A stretch of DNA of 64,000 nucleotides, from NCBI GenBank assembly GCA_001687465.1, contig LVLI01001229.1:1-64000 (forward strand), read 5' to 3'. The notes under the pieces were generated by a model. That model was not told the origin of the DNA, ran no database searches, and saw nothing but the letters and a program-made list of their open reading frames with translations. This DNA is from Halocafeteria seosinensis (lineage: Eukaryota). Of this stretch, positions 11,901-20,206 are shown piece by piece (position 1 is the first letter of the stretch; each line of letters opens with the position of its first letter). A program made the translations under genes and the position numbers.

Positions 11901-14900
11901 TCGAGGTTAATCGGGAATACCACATGGCGTTTTATTCTAAGGGCACTGCATTGCAAGAACTTGGGAGGTTGGAAGAAGCTATAGGGTGCTACAATGAAGC
12001 AGTAAAGTTGGAACCTAGTTTGCCGGAGGCATACTTTAACAAAGGAGAAGCACTTCGCAGTCTTAAGCGAAATGATGAAGCAATCAAGTGTTACAATGCA
12101 ACTCTCGAACTTGAGCCTGCGTCATTTAAAGCATTGTTTAAAAAAGGAGTTGCTTTCCAAAATATTGGCGAACATGCGGCAGCGATAGAATACTATAATG
12201 CGGCTCTCGACCTGAAACCCGACTTTCCTGACGCTCTCCTGAATAAGGGACATGCGTCGGCAACCCTTCAAAAGTATGAAGAAGCCCTCAGATGTTATGA
12301 TGAAGTGATTTGGATCGATACTGAAAATGCTGAGGCATTGCAAAATAAAGGACACGCGCTCAGGAACCTGAGGAAATACGAAGACTCCATTGACTGCTAC
12401 GACCGGGTACTCAAACTCCAGCCTGGAAATATCGAGGCTTGCTATACCAAGGGGCTCTCGTTTTACGATCTGCAACGATATGAAGAGGCAGTAGAGTGTT
12501 ACAACGAAGTGCTTAAAGTGGAACATAGTGACGTGCGAGCGCTAAGAGCGAAAGGCATAGCCCTTGAGCTACTTTCTCGCTATGAAGAAGCTATTGAGTG
12601 TTATGACGGCGTCTTTCCAAAAGATATTGAAATCCTTCGAAACAAAGCCAGCTCGTTGCAACACCTGGGTCGGTATGAGGAATCTATAAACGTTTTTGAC
12701 AGGGCTCTCCAACTTGATCCAAAGAGTATTGTTTGTCGTGATGAAAAAGGTTTAGTGCTGGAGAAACTAAGTAGAAACATGGAAGCAATTGGCTGCTACG
12801 ATGAAATTCTCGCATCTCAAGTGAGTTACTCTCCAGCGTACCGTCATAAAGGCGACGCTTTGAGAAACCTCAAGAAAAATGAAAAAGCGATTGAATGCTA
12901 TGACGAAGCACTAAGGTTTCACCCCCGGGACGAATTTTCCTTATGCAATAAAGGAGTTGCTTTGCAGAATCTCAGTCGAACCGAAGAAGCGATTGAGTGT
13001 TACGACGCTGCAGTAGACATACAGCCATGTTTCATCCAAGCTTTGCTCCTCAAAGGAGATGCACTTTGCAATCTTGGCAGGAATGAAGAAGCTATTGAAA
13101 GCTACGATAGGGCATTGGAATTGGAACCCAGTAACGCTGGAATTTCTATCAAGAAGGGTTTGGCACTTCGTGCTCTTACCCACTTTGTCGAAGCAATTGA
13201 TTGCTTTGAAGACGCAATTAAAGAAGAGCCGGAGAACTATAACGCGTACTATTACAAAGGTGAAACACTCCAGCAGCGAGATCGGGACGAGGAAGCTATT
13301 GAATCGTACGACAAAGTCCTTGAGCTGAATCCGCGCTTGGCCTCCGCAGTCGTCAAAAAAGGAAACGCTCTGAAAAGTCTTGGAAGAAATAAAGCAGCAA
13401 TTGAATGTTATGACCACGCGCTCAACCTTCAGCGCAATTACGTTGATGCAATTGCACAGAAGGGAGACGCACTTCAGAATATTGCTTGTCATGAAGAAGC
13501 GATAGAGTGTTTTGACAAGGCCTTGGAACTCTCAGGGGATGACGCGAGGCTGTTACATAGCAAAGGATTGTCTTTAAACTCCCTTGGCAGGTATAAGAGC
13601 GCTCTGGAATGCCATAATGAAGCTCTCAAAATAAGACCGGCGTTTGCAGCAGCTCTTTGCAGCAAAGGCCAAACCCTTACCGCACTGCAGAAATACGACG
13701 CAGCCCTGGAGGTGTTTGATGCATCCATTTTCCTGGAACCTACTAATCCCCAAACTTTGACTGAAAAAGCGAACACTCTGCTCCAAATGAACCGTATTGA
13801 AGAAGCTATTGAGTGTTACGACACAGCTCTGAGGGTAAACGCCAATTACTCTGACGCTCTTAAAGGAATGGGCTATGCACTACGGGAGCTCAGTCGTTTT
13901 GAGGAAGCTATAGAATGCTATGAACGTTCGCTCGGTATCGAACCGAAAGATGCTGCCTTGCTCGCAGAAAAAGGCGACACTATTAAAGCTCTGGGTCAAA
14001 ATGAGAAGGCGATAGAATGCTATGATCAGAGCCTTCGCATGCAACGAAACAGGTATCAAACGTTCTCGAAGAAGGGAGATGCACTTATGAACTTGAAGAA
14101 ATACTCAAAAGCTGTCCAGTGCTACAATGACTCTTTGGAGATTGAACCGAATCAGGCAACTACTCTTCTTTCCAAGGGAGCTGCTCTCAGGCGCCTCACT
14201 GACGAAGAAGCTGCAATCGAATGTTTTGACAAGGCTTTGAAGATCCAGCCAACATATATCCTCGCACTTAGGTACAAAGGGATCGCGTTAATTTCTCTTG
14301 GCGAGTACGAGGAAGCCATCGACAATTTTGACAAGGCTGTTCAGATTCGATCAGATGATACTGCTTCCCTAGTTGAGAAAGCCCGAACTCTTAGGAAGAT
14401 GAAAAGGTATGCGAAAGCTATCGAGTGTTATGATAGAGTTCTGGAGTTTCAACCCGAAGACGTTACGGCTCTTTACGAAAAAGGGAAAATACTGAAACAT
14501 GTTGATCGTATTGAGGAAGCTATTGAGAGCTACGATAAGGCGCTAGACTTGGATCCTGATAATGCTAATGTTTTGAAGGAGAAAGGTTATGCACTGCGAA
14601 GCTTGCATTGCTCGGAAAAAGCCATTGCCTGTTTTGACCAGGCACTAAAATATGATCCTGACGATGCTACGCTATGGAACGAAAAGGGAAGAGCTTTCAA
14701 TGATTTAAACCAAGATGCTCATGCTCTCGTGAGCTACAGTAAGAGTTTGGAAATTCAACCGGATAATCCTGTGACTCTGAAGAACAAGGGCGATACACTT
14801 TACAACCTTCGTCGTTACGTGGAAGCGATCAAATGTTACGACTCTGCGCTTAAGGTAGATCCATCGTATGCTGTTGCATTCAACAACAAAGGCAACTCTT

Positions 14901-17900
14901 TGAGGAAGCTAAAGAAGGAAACTGACGCATTGGAATGTTATGACAAGGCGATTGAGTTCCAGTCTGACTTTGCAAGTGCTCTGCGGAACAAGGGCATGGT
15001 CCTCGCGACACTTCAAAGACATGACGAAGCATTGGTTGCTCTGGAGAACGCCCTGCAATTCGAACCTAATGACTTTCCAGCGGTCATTGAACAGGCAGAT
15101 GTTCTAAAGGCATTGAACCGAAACATTGAAGCCATTGAATGCTATGACAAAGCACTTACGCTTCAGTCGAATAGTACGTCAGCGCTTCGACACAAAGGCA
15201 TTGCCCTTGCTACACTTGAAAAGTATGAAGAAGCGATAGAGCATTATGATGCGGCAGTTGCCCGGCAACCTGACGACAGCACGGCATTGGCGTACAAAGG
15301 AAATGCGCTGATGAACTTGAATCGTAACGAGGAAGCAATCGACAGTTACGACGAAGCACTGGCTGTCCAACCCGATAATGGTTACGCTTTGCAGATGAAA
15401 GGGCGTGCTCTACGGAAGCTTAATCGTATCGAGCAAGCTATCGATTGCTACGATAAGTCTCTGGCGCTAAATCGCAAGAATACTGATGTCTTGATGGACA
15501 AGGCTGACTCTTTGAAAGATCTTGGTCAATATGAGGAAGCGATTGAATACTACAGCAAAAGTCTTAAGATTCAACCTGATAACCCGGATGCTCTTGCCAA
15601 CAAAGGAGACTTGCTTTTTAATACTCAACGATATGAGGACGCTGTGCTATGTTATGATAAAACCCTTGAGATTCAGCCGTCAAGGGTTGCTGTTCTAGCA
15701 AATAAAGGTAATGCACTTAGGAAAATGCGTCAGGATACTGACGCACTCGAGTGTTACCAGAAGGCGACCGAATTCCAGCCTGCGTTTGCAAGGGCGCTTC
15801 GCGGTGAAGGACAGGTGCTTATGGATTTGGGAAGGCATGATGAAGCGATATCTTCTTGGGATGCATTGCTCAAACTCGACCAGGACGATCATCTTTCTCA
15901 AATTTGGAAAGGAAAGGCATTACAGAGCCTTCAGCGACATGGAGAGGCGGTTGATTGCTTTTCTCGAGTACTGGAATTTCTTCCGGACAATGCCGAAGTT
16001 TTGTACAGCAAAGCACTCTCGCTGAAGAATCTGAATCGGATTAATGAGGCCATTGAATTGTTCGGCAAAGCGCTCTACTATCACCCAAATCACGCCAAGT
16101 CGTTAAGAGAGCTTGGGCATACGCTGAGGATTCATAGCCGTGTTGGAGAAGCCATTGAGTGCTATAACAAGGTATTGGAGCTCGAATCTCAAGATTCCCT
16201 CATTCTTGTTGAAAAGGCAGATGCGCTTACGAGCATTTCTAGGTACGATGAAGCTGTCAGTTGTTACACGGATAGCCTGAACGTCGACCCTCAAAACGCC
16301 GAAGCACTCGTGAAGCGGGGTGATGCGCTTGCAAACCTGGATAGGACTAAGGAAGCTATTGAATGTTATGATAAAGCTCTTGAAGTCAAACCCACCTATG
16401 CTCATGCTTTTTGCCGGAAGGGGCACGCTTTTCGGCAACTCAGTAGCGATGAAGCAGCCCTTGAATGCTACGAATCCGCTCTTCGGCTTCATCCTGACGA
16501 CGCCGATGCGCTTTACAGCAAAGCACTTTCATTAGCTAATCTCCACAGGTTTGAAGAAGCAATCGTCAGTTTCGATGAAGCTCTCATGTTGGAGTCTGAG
16601 AATGTCGACGTTATTGGAGCTAAAGGCATATCACTTGAGAACCTAGGCAGGTACGAAGAAGCTATTTCGTGCTACGACAAATGTTTGGAATTGGGAGGTA
16701 CAAATCCAATTGCTTTGGCGAATAAAGGGGATTCTCTCTGTAGTCTGCGAAGGCATGATGAAGCAATTCAGTGTTACCAGACAGCGCTTGAAATCTCACC
16801 GACCAATCCTCAGTTGTTGCATAGAATTGGGATGGCTTTGGAGCAGCTGAACCGTACTGAGGAGGCTATAATGTATTTTGATAAGTCTCTTGAACTTAAT
16901 GCCAAAGATTTCGAGGTGTTTGTCAGTAAAGGAAATGCTTTGAAGGATATGAAGAAGTACGATGAAGCCATCAAGTGCTACGACGAAGCGCTTGCACTAG
17001 AACCAGAAGAAGGAGTTACATTGGCTAGCAAAGGAGACTCGCTGCGTATGTTAAAGAAATTTGAAGAAGCTCTTCTATGTTGTCACAAGGCGATTGAAAT
17101 CCAATCGGATTGTGCTCAAGCATTTCTGGTCGAAGGATACACGTTTCGAGACCTTGATCGCAACAACGAAGCAATCCAGAGTTATGATAATGCTCTTGAG
17201 TGCTGCCCTCAATTGATTGAGGCTCTTCTTGGGAAAGGCGAAGCTCTGATGACACTGGAAGAGTATGATAGCGCTGTAGATTGCTTTGATCAAGTACTTA
17301 GGCTTGATACCCAAAATGTCAACGCCCTTCGCAACAAGGGTATTGCTCTCAGAAACTCGCATAGGTCTGAAGTGGTTATTGACTGCTTCGATGCCGTTTT
17401 GGAGATCGATTCTACCGACGCGAGTGCCTATCATAATAAAGGACTTGCCCTTCATGACCTCGGTAGAGACGAGACTGCCATTCAATGCTATGAAAAGTCG
17501 TTGGAGCTTGAACCTCGGTTTGCTGAAGCAATTCGTGACAAAGGGATATCACTTGGAGCTTTAGAAAAGCACGTGGAGGCGCTAACATTTCTTGATCAAA
17601 GTCTCCAGTTTGATTCTCATGATGTCACAGCTCTGATCGAGAAAGGCAAAGCCCTCATGAATCTGAACCGCAGCCAAGAAGCAATTCAGAGCTATGACCG
17701 CGCACTTGCTCTGGCACCAGAAAGTGCACTGAGTGCAGTGGCTCTGAATAGTAAGGGAATCGCGCTTTGTCAGCTTGGAAGAAACGAAGAAGCCGTTGGA
17801 AGCCATGATAAAGCTCTCGAGCTTCGACCTCATTTTGCGGATGCTTCATACAATAGAGGTAATGTCCTTAGCAATCTTAGCAGGTTTGAGGATGCTATTG

Positions 17901-20206
17901 AATCCTACGATAAAGTGCTCGAACTTGAATCCGACCATTGGGGTGCTCAATACCGTAAAGGAATTGCCCTCGAACGTCTTGAGCAATACGAAACCGCCAT
18001 CCAATGCTACAACGAAAGTATCAGGATCCAAGCGGATAGAGCGGACATATACAGGCACAAGGGTAATTGTCTGAAGCGCCTCGAGAATTTCGACGAAGCT
18101 ATTGAGTGCTATGAGTCTGCCCTGGAGCTGGAACCTGGAGACTCCGAGGCGCTCATTAATAAAGGGATGTCGCTCGAAGGTGTTGGACGACACGAAGAAG
18201 CAGTTCGCTGCTACGATAAAGCACTGGAACTTTGCCCCAATAGCACACATTTACTGGAACTAAAAGGTTTAGCACTTGAAACGCTCGGGCGTTATACGGA
18301 TGCCCTACATTCGTTTGATGGTGTACTTGGGCTGGAACCAAAGCACGCCGTTGCTTTGTCAGAAAAAGGGAACTGCTTGAGAAACTTGAACCGGAACGAG
18401 GAGGCTTTGGTGTGTTTTGATGAAGCTCTCGAGGTATCTCCAGGGAAGGTCTCTACTTTCAATGCCAAAGGTCTCGCTCTCGCTAATCTCAATCGGAACG
18501 AAGAAGCTATCGAATGTTATGATGCAGCTCTAAAGCTCCAGTCAGGCAACTTTTTTGTCTACCGTAATGAGGGACATGCGTTTCAAGCTCTTGGCAAGCA
18601 TGACGATGCCATAAACTGCTACGACAAAGCGCTTGAGTTGAATCCAGAGGATGGATTTGCTTTGACTGGGAAAGGAGTATCGTTGAACTCCCTAGGCAAA
18701 ACTAAAGAAGCTGTCGAGTGTTATGACCGTGCAATCAGTATCTTGCCTACTTATTCTCAAGCATTTTATCACAAAGGCAATGCTTATTTGCAGCTAGGTC
18801 GTATGGAGGAAGCAGTAAATTGCTATGACAGAGCGCTTGCTCTGGAACCCGAGCTAGCCAACGCTTACCATTGCAAAGGAAATGCCTTAGCGTGTCTTCG
18901 AAGAGAAGAAGACGCAATAGAATGTTATGACAAGGCACTAGAACTTCTTCCTCATTCCTATGAGGCGTTGCGAAATAAAGGAGACTCTTTGAGAAACCTG
19001 GGGCGTTACACCGAAGCGTTACATTGCTACGACAAAGTGTTGGACATGATGCCGAACGAACCGCTCAACTGGAATGCTAAGGGGCTTGCACTATATGGCC
19101 TTGCCAGGTATGAGGAAGCAATTGGGTGCTACGAGAAGACACTGGCACTAAAACCGGGTTTCTTTGAGAGTCTGCGCAACAAAGGAGTAGCGCTCACTGC
19201 ACTAGATAGGATAGAGGAAGCCCTCGCCGTGTTCGATGAGGCAATGGGGATACAACCAGAGGACCCTGTCACTTGGACTGAACGGGGAAATGCATTGAGA
19301 AGTCTGGAGCGGGTGGACGAAGCTATGGAACACTATGAGAAAGCAATGGCAGTTGATCCTCACTATTCTTACGCCTGTGACGAGAAAGGGGTAGCGCTCT
19401 GCAAGCTAGGCCAACTTGACCAAGCCATAGGCTACTTTGACAAAGCTCTAAGACTCTTGCCCGATGATGCGTATGGCTTGATCGGGAAAGCAAATGCATT
19501 ATGCGGACTCGGTAGAGATGACGAAGCCCTTGAACATTATGACGCCGCACTAGAGCTGGAGCCAGCCAACACTGACGCATTGATCAATAAGGGAATTGTA
19601 CTTAGGTATCAAGGTCGATTCCAAGAAGCCATATCCTGCTACGATGAAGCTCTGGAGATCCAACCTAATGACCCAATCGCTTACAACAACAAAGGCATCG
19701 CCCTTGAACATCTCTGGAGGAATGAGGAAGCACTCCAATGTTACGACAAAGCCCTTGATATCCGTCCAGGTTATATTCACGCCCTAAACAATGAAGGAAA
19801 TGCTCTCAAGAATGTGGGCCATAACGAAGAGGCCATTCTATGCTTTGACAAAGTTATTAAACTGGATCCATGCCATGCTAGTGCTTTCAATAATAAGGGA
19901 CTTGCACTTGAGAATCTGGGTAGAACTGAAGAAGCCATTGAATGCTATGAAACGGCGTTTAAACTCCAACCGGAATTCTTCAACGCCCTTCGCAATAAAG
20001 GAATTGCGTTGGAAGGTCTAGGAAGGTATGACGAAGCGATCGAAGTCTATGACGACATCCTACGACAAGATCCCAATAACCGGGGTGCTCTTGAAAGCAA
20101 AAGCCTTGTACTTGTTACGCTTACGGCTCAGAGGAAAGGGTATGACCCTAACGAAACAGGAGGATATTGGGGTAGCCGGTATGCACGAATGCACTCTTAC
20201 AAGTAG
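5981..20206 (+). CDS. Giant intronless tetratricopeptide-repeat (TPR) protein, ~4,741 aa, ~138-139 tandem 34-aa repeats
   Basis: Single 14.2-kb ORF (ATG 5981). Continuous consensus AxxNKGxALxxLGRxEEAIECYDKALELxP with 34-aa spacing from start to within ~30 aa of the stop. No other domain visible. Confidence 0.95.
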   Translation: MEARAREYVEQASESGGQGRYEEALKYANKALIIPGIDPDVKFDGLVYKAIALYNLDRNEEAIDYFSQALEIRPEDTDVLSAKGMAFESLGRFQRAVECYDTVLELNSEDLGALGNKGNSLRCLGRNEEAIEYYDKVLTLVPEDALARNNKGLALENLNRNQEALQCYNETLTLEPDYAAALNNKGNVLQNMERYEEAIGCYNRAMDIQPDDPVAYINKGTTFRALNRVEEAIECYNKAAGFSSDRDRALHYKGNALSYLGRHEEALACYNEAIELQPENAEVLANKGDALKTLGRDEEAVNCFDKAIELHPDDARSLNNKGLALKDLGRADEALECYNKALELRPDFATALSNKGVALTALRRYEEAIELFDKTLGIEFEDALALADKGNALRDLNRLEEAIECYDKSLQLNPQNADALCDKGTALFKLERREEAIECYDAALGLQPENSEALKSKGHALYALDRNREAIECYTKALKLHPNYGDALRNKGNALKKLSRYEEAIETYDSAIATGNVDAETFYNKGASLECLERDEEALECYDKAVELDDTYFDAHYRKGYLSKKLEKTEDAISSFDNALHINGDDVNALDHKGKALQKVGRYEEAVECFDKVIELQPENSETHCNRALAAVALDRKEEAVKSFDKTLQIQPDNIIALLGKADALKDLERNEEAVKCYEKVLERQVGDKQVFRNKGIVLRRLKRNKDALTCYDDVLEQDPQDIFILTEKGHALRSVRKFDQAIECYDGALELDSDYYNALIGKAYALSQNASNKEALKLFNRSVKLSPEDSNAFYGKGVALRNLERHEEAIACFDKALEIQTQFLDALHNKGNCLRDLSRHEEAIDYYDKVLEVNPKHVNALKNKGLCLWNLHQNDKAIECYDRALEINPEYVHILNNKGNALKNLGRNEEAIACYDKAIQLQPNYASAFNNKGLALESLGCSQDAIECYDKAVELQPDFSRALSNKGVALASLGMNEEALEVFDRTLEVKPDDIVTLIDKGNALRDLNRTDEAFEYYDKALKLQPANPYAFVCKATALSRANRHVEAITNYSKGINLRSDDAFAIHGMGAALKSLGRLEEAMECYDRAIEIQPDYIGALQSRANCLRDLEQYEDAIEGYDKVLSLDPQHTNALTNKGLALWNVFRNEEAVQCYDRVLRQQPNSLSVLGAKGMALESLKRYEEALVCYNKALKIESKEMGALGNKGNCLSNLERYEEAIKCYDEVLEIDPRNILALNNKGIALESLERYEEALNCYDETLELEPGFSAAFRNKGSTLMNLGRNEEAIACFDGALGLQPDFSSAMREKGDALGTLNRDEEAIECYNRALELNRKDSNALINKGRTLSKLGKSKEAIKCFDKAVKSGLDPGKALLHKGVHLRHLSRSDEAVECFGAALGFYPESTKIFLEKAHALRDLRRYESAIGCYDVVLAENSDIADAWSGKGSALRGLGMNQEALACYEEALSLEPADGHFYHNKGCALRDLCQNEEALECYNKALELQPVSAETLRNKGTVLIALNKNEQANDFLDQALELEPNDYIAWTEKGNALRNLNLTSAAIKCYDKAIELDPHSPHAFNGKGNTFIDLHKYDEALRNYNKALKIKPDYIEAINNKGHALRGLHRYEEAIEYYDRALKTAPDNTDSLIEKGTTLCELVRYDEAIKCYDRVLDIQPDNVDAFLRKANTLKNIGRNEEAIACYDSALELEPDNQNVLNGKGSTLKNLNKNEQAILCYDKVLQHVPDNVIALRNKGNALEKLHRYEEAITCYDNLLSYHPESASTLVDKGITLSAVGRDEEAISSYDEALVLQPKDTRTLILKGTSLQRLKRWEEAVHCYDQILELQSDEIDALKNKADALRNLNRNKQAIAHYDKVLVIQSDHWDAICGKGLALKKLDRDEEAIECFDEALGLEGDSALAYRYKGDTLTKMNRAEEALECYDKALSLQPDDVMAYMGTATALRSLNRTDEAIDCYDRVIEVNREYHMAFYSKGTALQELGRLEEAIGCYNEAVKLEPSLPEAYFNKGEALRSLKRNDEAIKCYNATLELEPASFKALFKKGVAFQNIGEHAAAIEYYNAALDLKPDFPDALLNKGHASATLQKYEEALRCYDEVIWIDTENAEALQNKGHALRNLRKYEDSIDCYDRVLKLQPGNIEACYTKGLSFYDLQRYEEAVECYNEVLKVEHSDVRALRAKGIALELLSRYEEAIECYDGVFPKDIEILRNKASSLQHLGRYEESINVFDRALQLDPKSIVCRDEKGLVLEKLSRNMEAIGCYDEILASQVSYSPAYRHKGDALRNLKKNEKAIECYDEALRFHPRDEFSLCNKGVALQNLSRTEEAIECYDAAVDIQPCFIQALLLKGDALCNLGRNEEAIESYDRALELEPSNAGISIKKGLALRALTHFVEAIDCFEDAIKEEPENYNAYYYKGETLQQRDRDEEAIESYDKVLELNPRLASAVVKKGNALKSLGRNKAAIECYDHALNLQRNYVDAIAQKGDALQNIACHEEAIECFDKALELSGDDARLLHSKGLSLNSLGRYKSALECHNEALKIRPAFAAALCSKGQTLTALQKYDAALEVFDASIFLEPTNPQTLTEKANTLLQMNRIEEAIECYDTALRVNANYSDALKGMGYALRELSRFEEAIECYERSLGIEPKDAALLAEKGDTIKALGQNEKAIECYDQSLRMQRNRYQTFSKKGDALMNLKKYSKAVQCYNDSLEIEPNQATTLLSKGAALRRLTDEEAAIECFDKALKIQPTYILALRYKGIALISLGEYEEAIDNFDKAVQIRSDDTASLVEKARTLRKMKRYAKAIECYDRVLEFQPEDVTALYEKGKILKHVDRIEEAIESYDKALDLDPDNANVLKEKGYALRSLHCSEKAIACFDQALKYDPDDATLWNEKGRAFNDLNQDAHALVSYSKSLEIQPDNPVTLKNKGDTLYNLRRYVEAIKCYDSALKVDPSYAVAFNNKGNSLRKLKKETDALECYDKAIEFQSDFASALRNKGMVLATLQRHDEALVALENALQFEPNDFPAVIEQADVLKALNRNIEAIECYDKALTLQSNSTSALRHKGIALATLEKYEEAIEHYDAAVARQPDDSTALAYKGNALMNLNRNEEAIDSYDEALAVQPDNGYALQMKGRALRKLNRIEQAIDCYDKSLALNRKNTDVLMDKADSLKDLGQYEEAIEYYSKSLKIQPDNPDALANKGDLLFNTQRYEDAVLCYDKTLEIQPSRVAVLANKGNALRKMRQDTDALECYQKATEFQPAFARALRGEGQVLMDLGRHDEAISSWDALLKLDQDDHLSQIWKGKALQSLQRHGEAVDCFSRVLEFLPDNAEVLYSKALSLKNLNRINEAIELFGKALYYHPNHAKSLRELGHTLRIHSRVGEAIECYNKVLELESQDSLILVEKADALTSISRYDEAVSCYTDSLNVDPQNAEALVKRGDALANLDRTKEAIECYDKALEVKPTYAHAFCRKGHAFRQLSSDEAALECYESALRLHPDDADALYSKALSLANLHRFEEAIVSFDEALMLESENVDVIGAKGISLENLGRYEEAISCYDKCLELGGTNPIALANKGDSLCSLRRHDEAIQCYQTALEISPTNPQLLHRIGMALEQLNRTEEAIMYFDKSLELNAKDFEVFVSKGNALKDMKKYDEAIKCYDEALALEPEEGVTLASKGDSLRMLKKFEEALLCCHKAIEIQSDCAQAFLVEGYTFRDLDRNNEAIQSYDNALECCPQLIEALLGKGEALMTLEEYDSAVDCFDQVLRLDTQNVNALRNKGIALRNSHRSEVVIDCFDAVLEIDSTDASAYHNKGLALHDLGRDETAIQCYEKSLELEPRFAEAIRDKGISLGALEKHVEALTFLDQSLQFDSHDVTALIEKGKALMNLNRSQEAIQSYDRALALAPESALSAVALNSKGIALCQLGRNEEAVGSHDKALELRPHFADASYNRGNVLSNLSRFEDAIESYDKVLELESDHWGAQYRKGIALERLEQYETAIQCYNESIRIQADRADIYRHKGNCLKRLENFDEAIECYESALELEPGDSEALINKGMSLEGVGRHEEAVRCYDKALELCPNSTHLLELKGLALETLGRYTDALHSFDGVLGLEPKHAVALSEKGNCLRNLNRNEEALVCFDEALEVSPGKVSTFNAKGLALANLNRNEEAIECYDAALKLQSGNFFVYRNEGHAFQALGKHDDAINCYDKALELNPEDGFALTGKGVSLNSLGKTKEAVECYDRAISILPTYSQAFYHKGNAYLQLGRMEEAVNCYDRALALEPELANAYHCKGNALACLRREEDAIECYDKALELLPHSYEALRNKGDSLRNLGRYTEALHCYDKVLDMMPNEPLNWNAKGLALYGLARYEEAIGCYEKTLALKPGFFESLRNKGVALTALDRIEEALAVFDEAMGIQPEDPVTWTERGNALRSLERVDEAMEHYEKAMAVDPHYSYACDEKGVALCKLGQLDQAIGYFDKALRLLPDDAYGLIGKANALCGLGRDDEALEHYDAALELEPANTDALINKGIVLRYQGRFQEAISCYDEALEIQPNDPIAYNNKGIALEHLWRNEEALQCYDKALDIRPGYIHALNNEGNALKNVGHNEEAILCFDKVIKLDPCHASAFNNKGLALENLGRTEEAIECYETAFKLQPEFFNALRNKGIALEGLGRYDEAIEVYDDILRQDPNNRGALESKSLVLVTLTAQRKGYDPNETGGYWGSRYARMHSYK

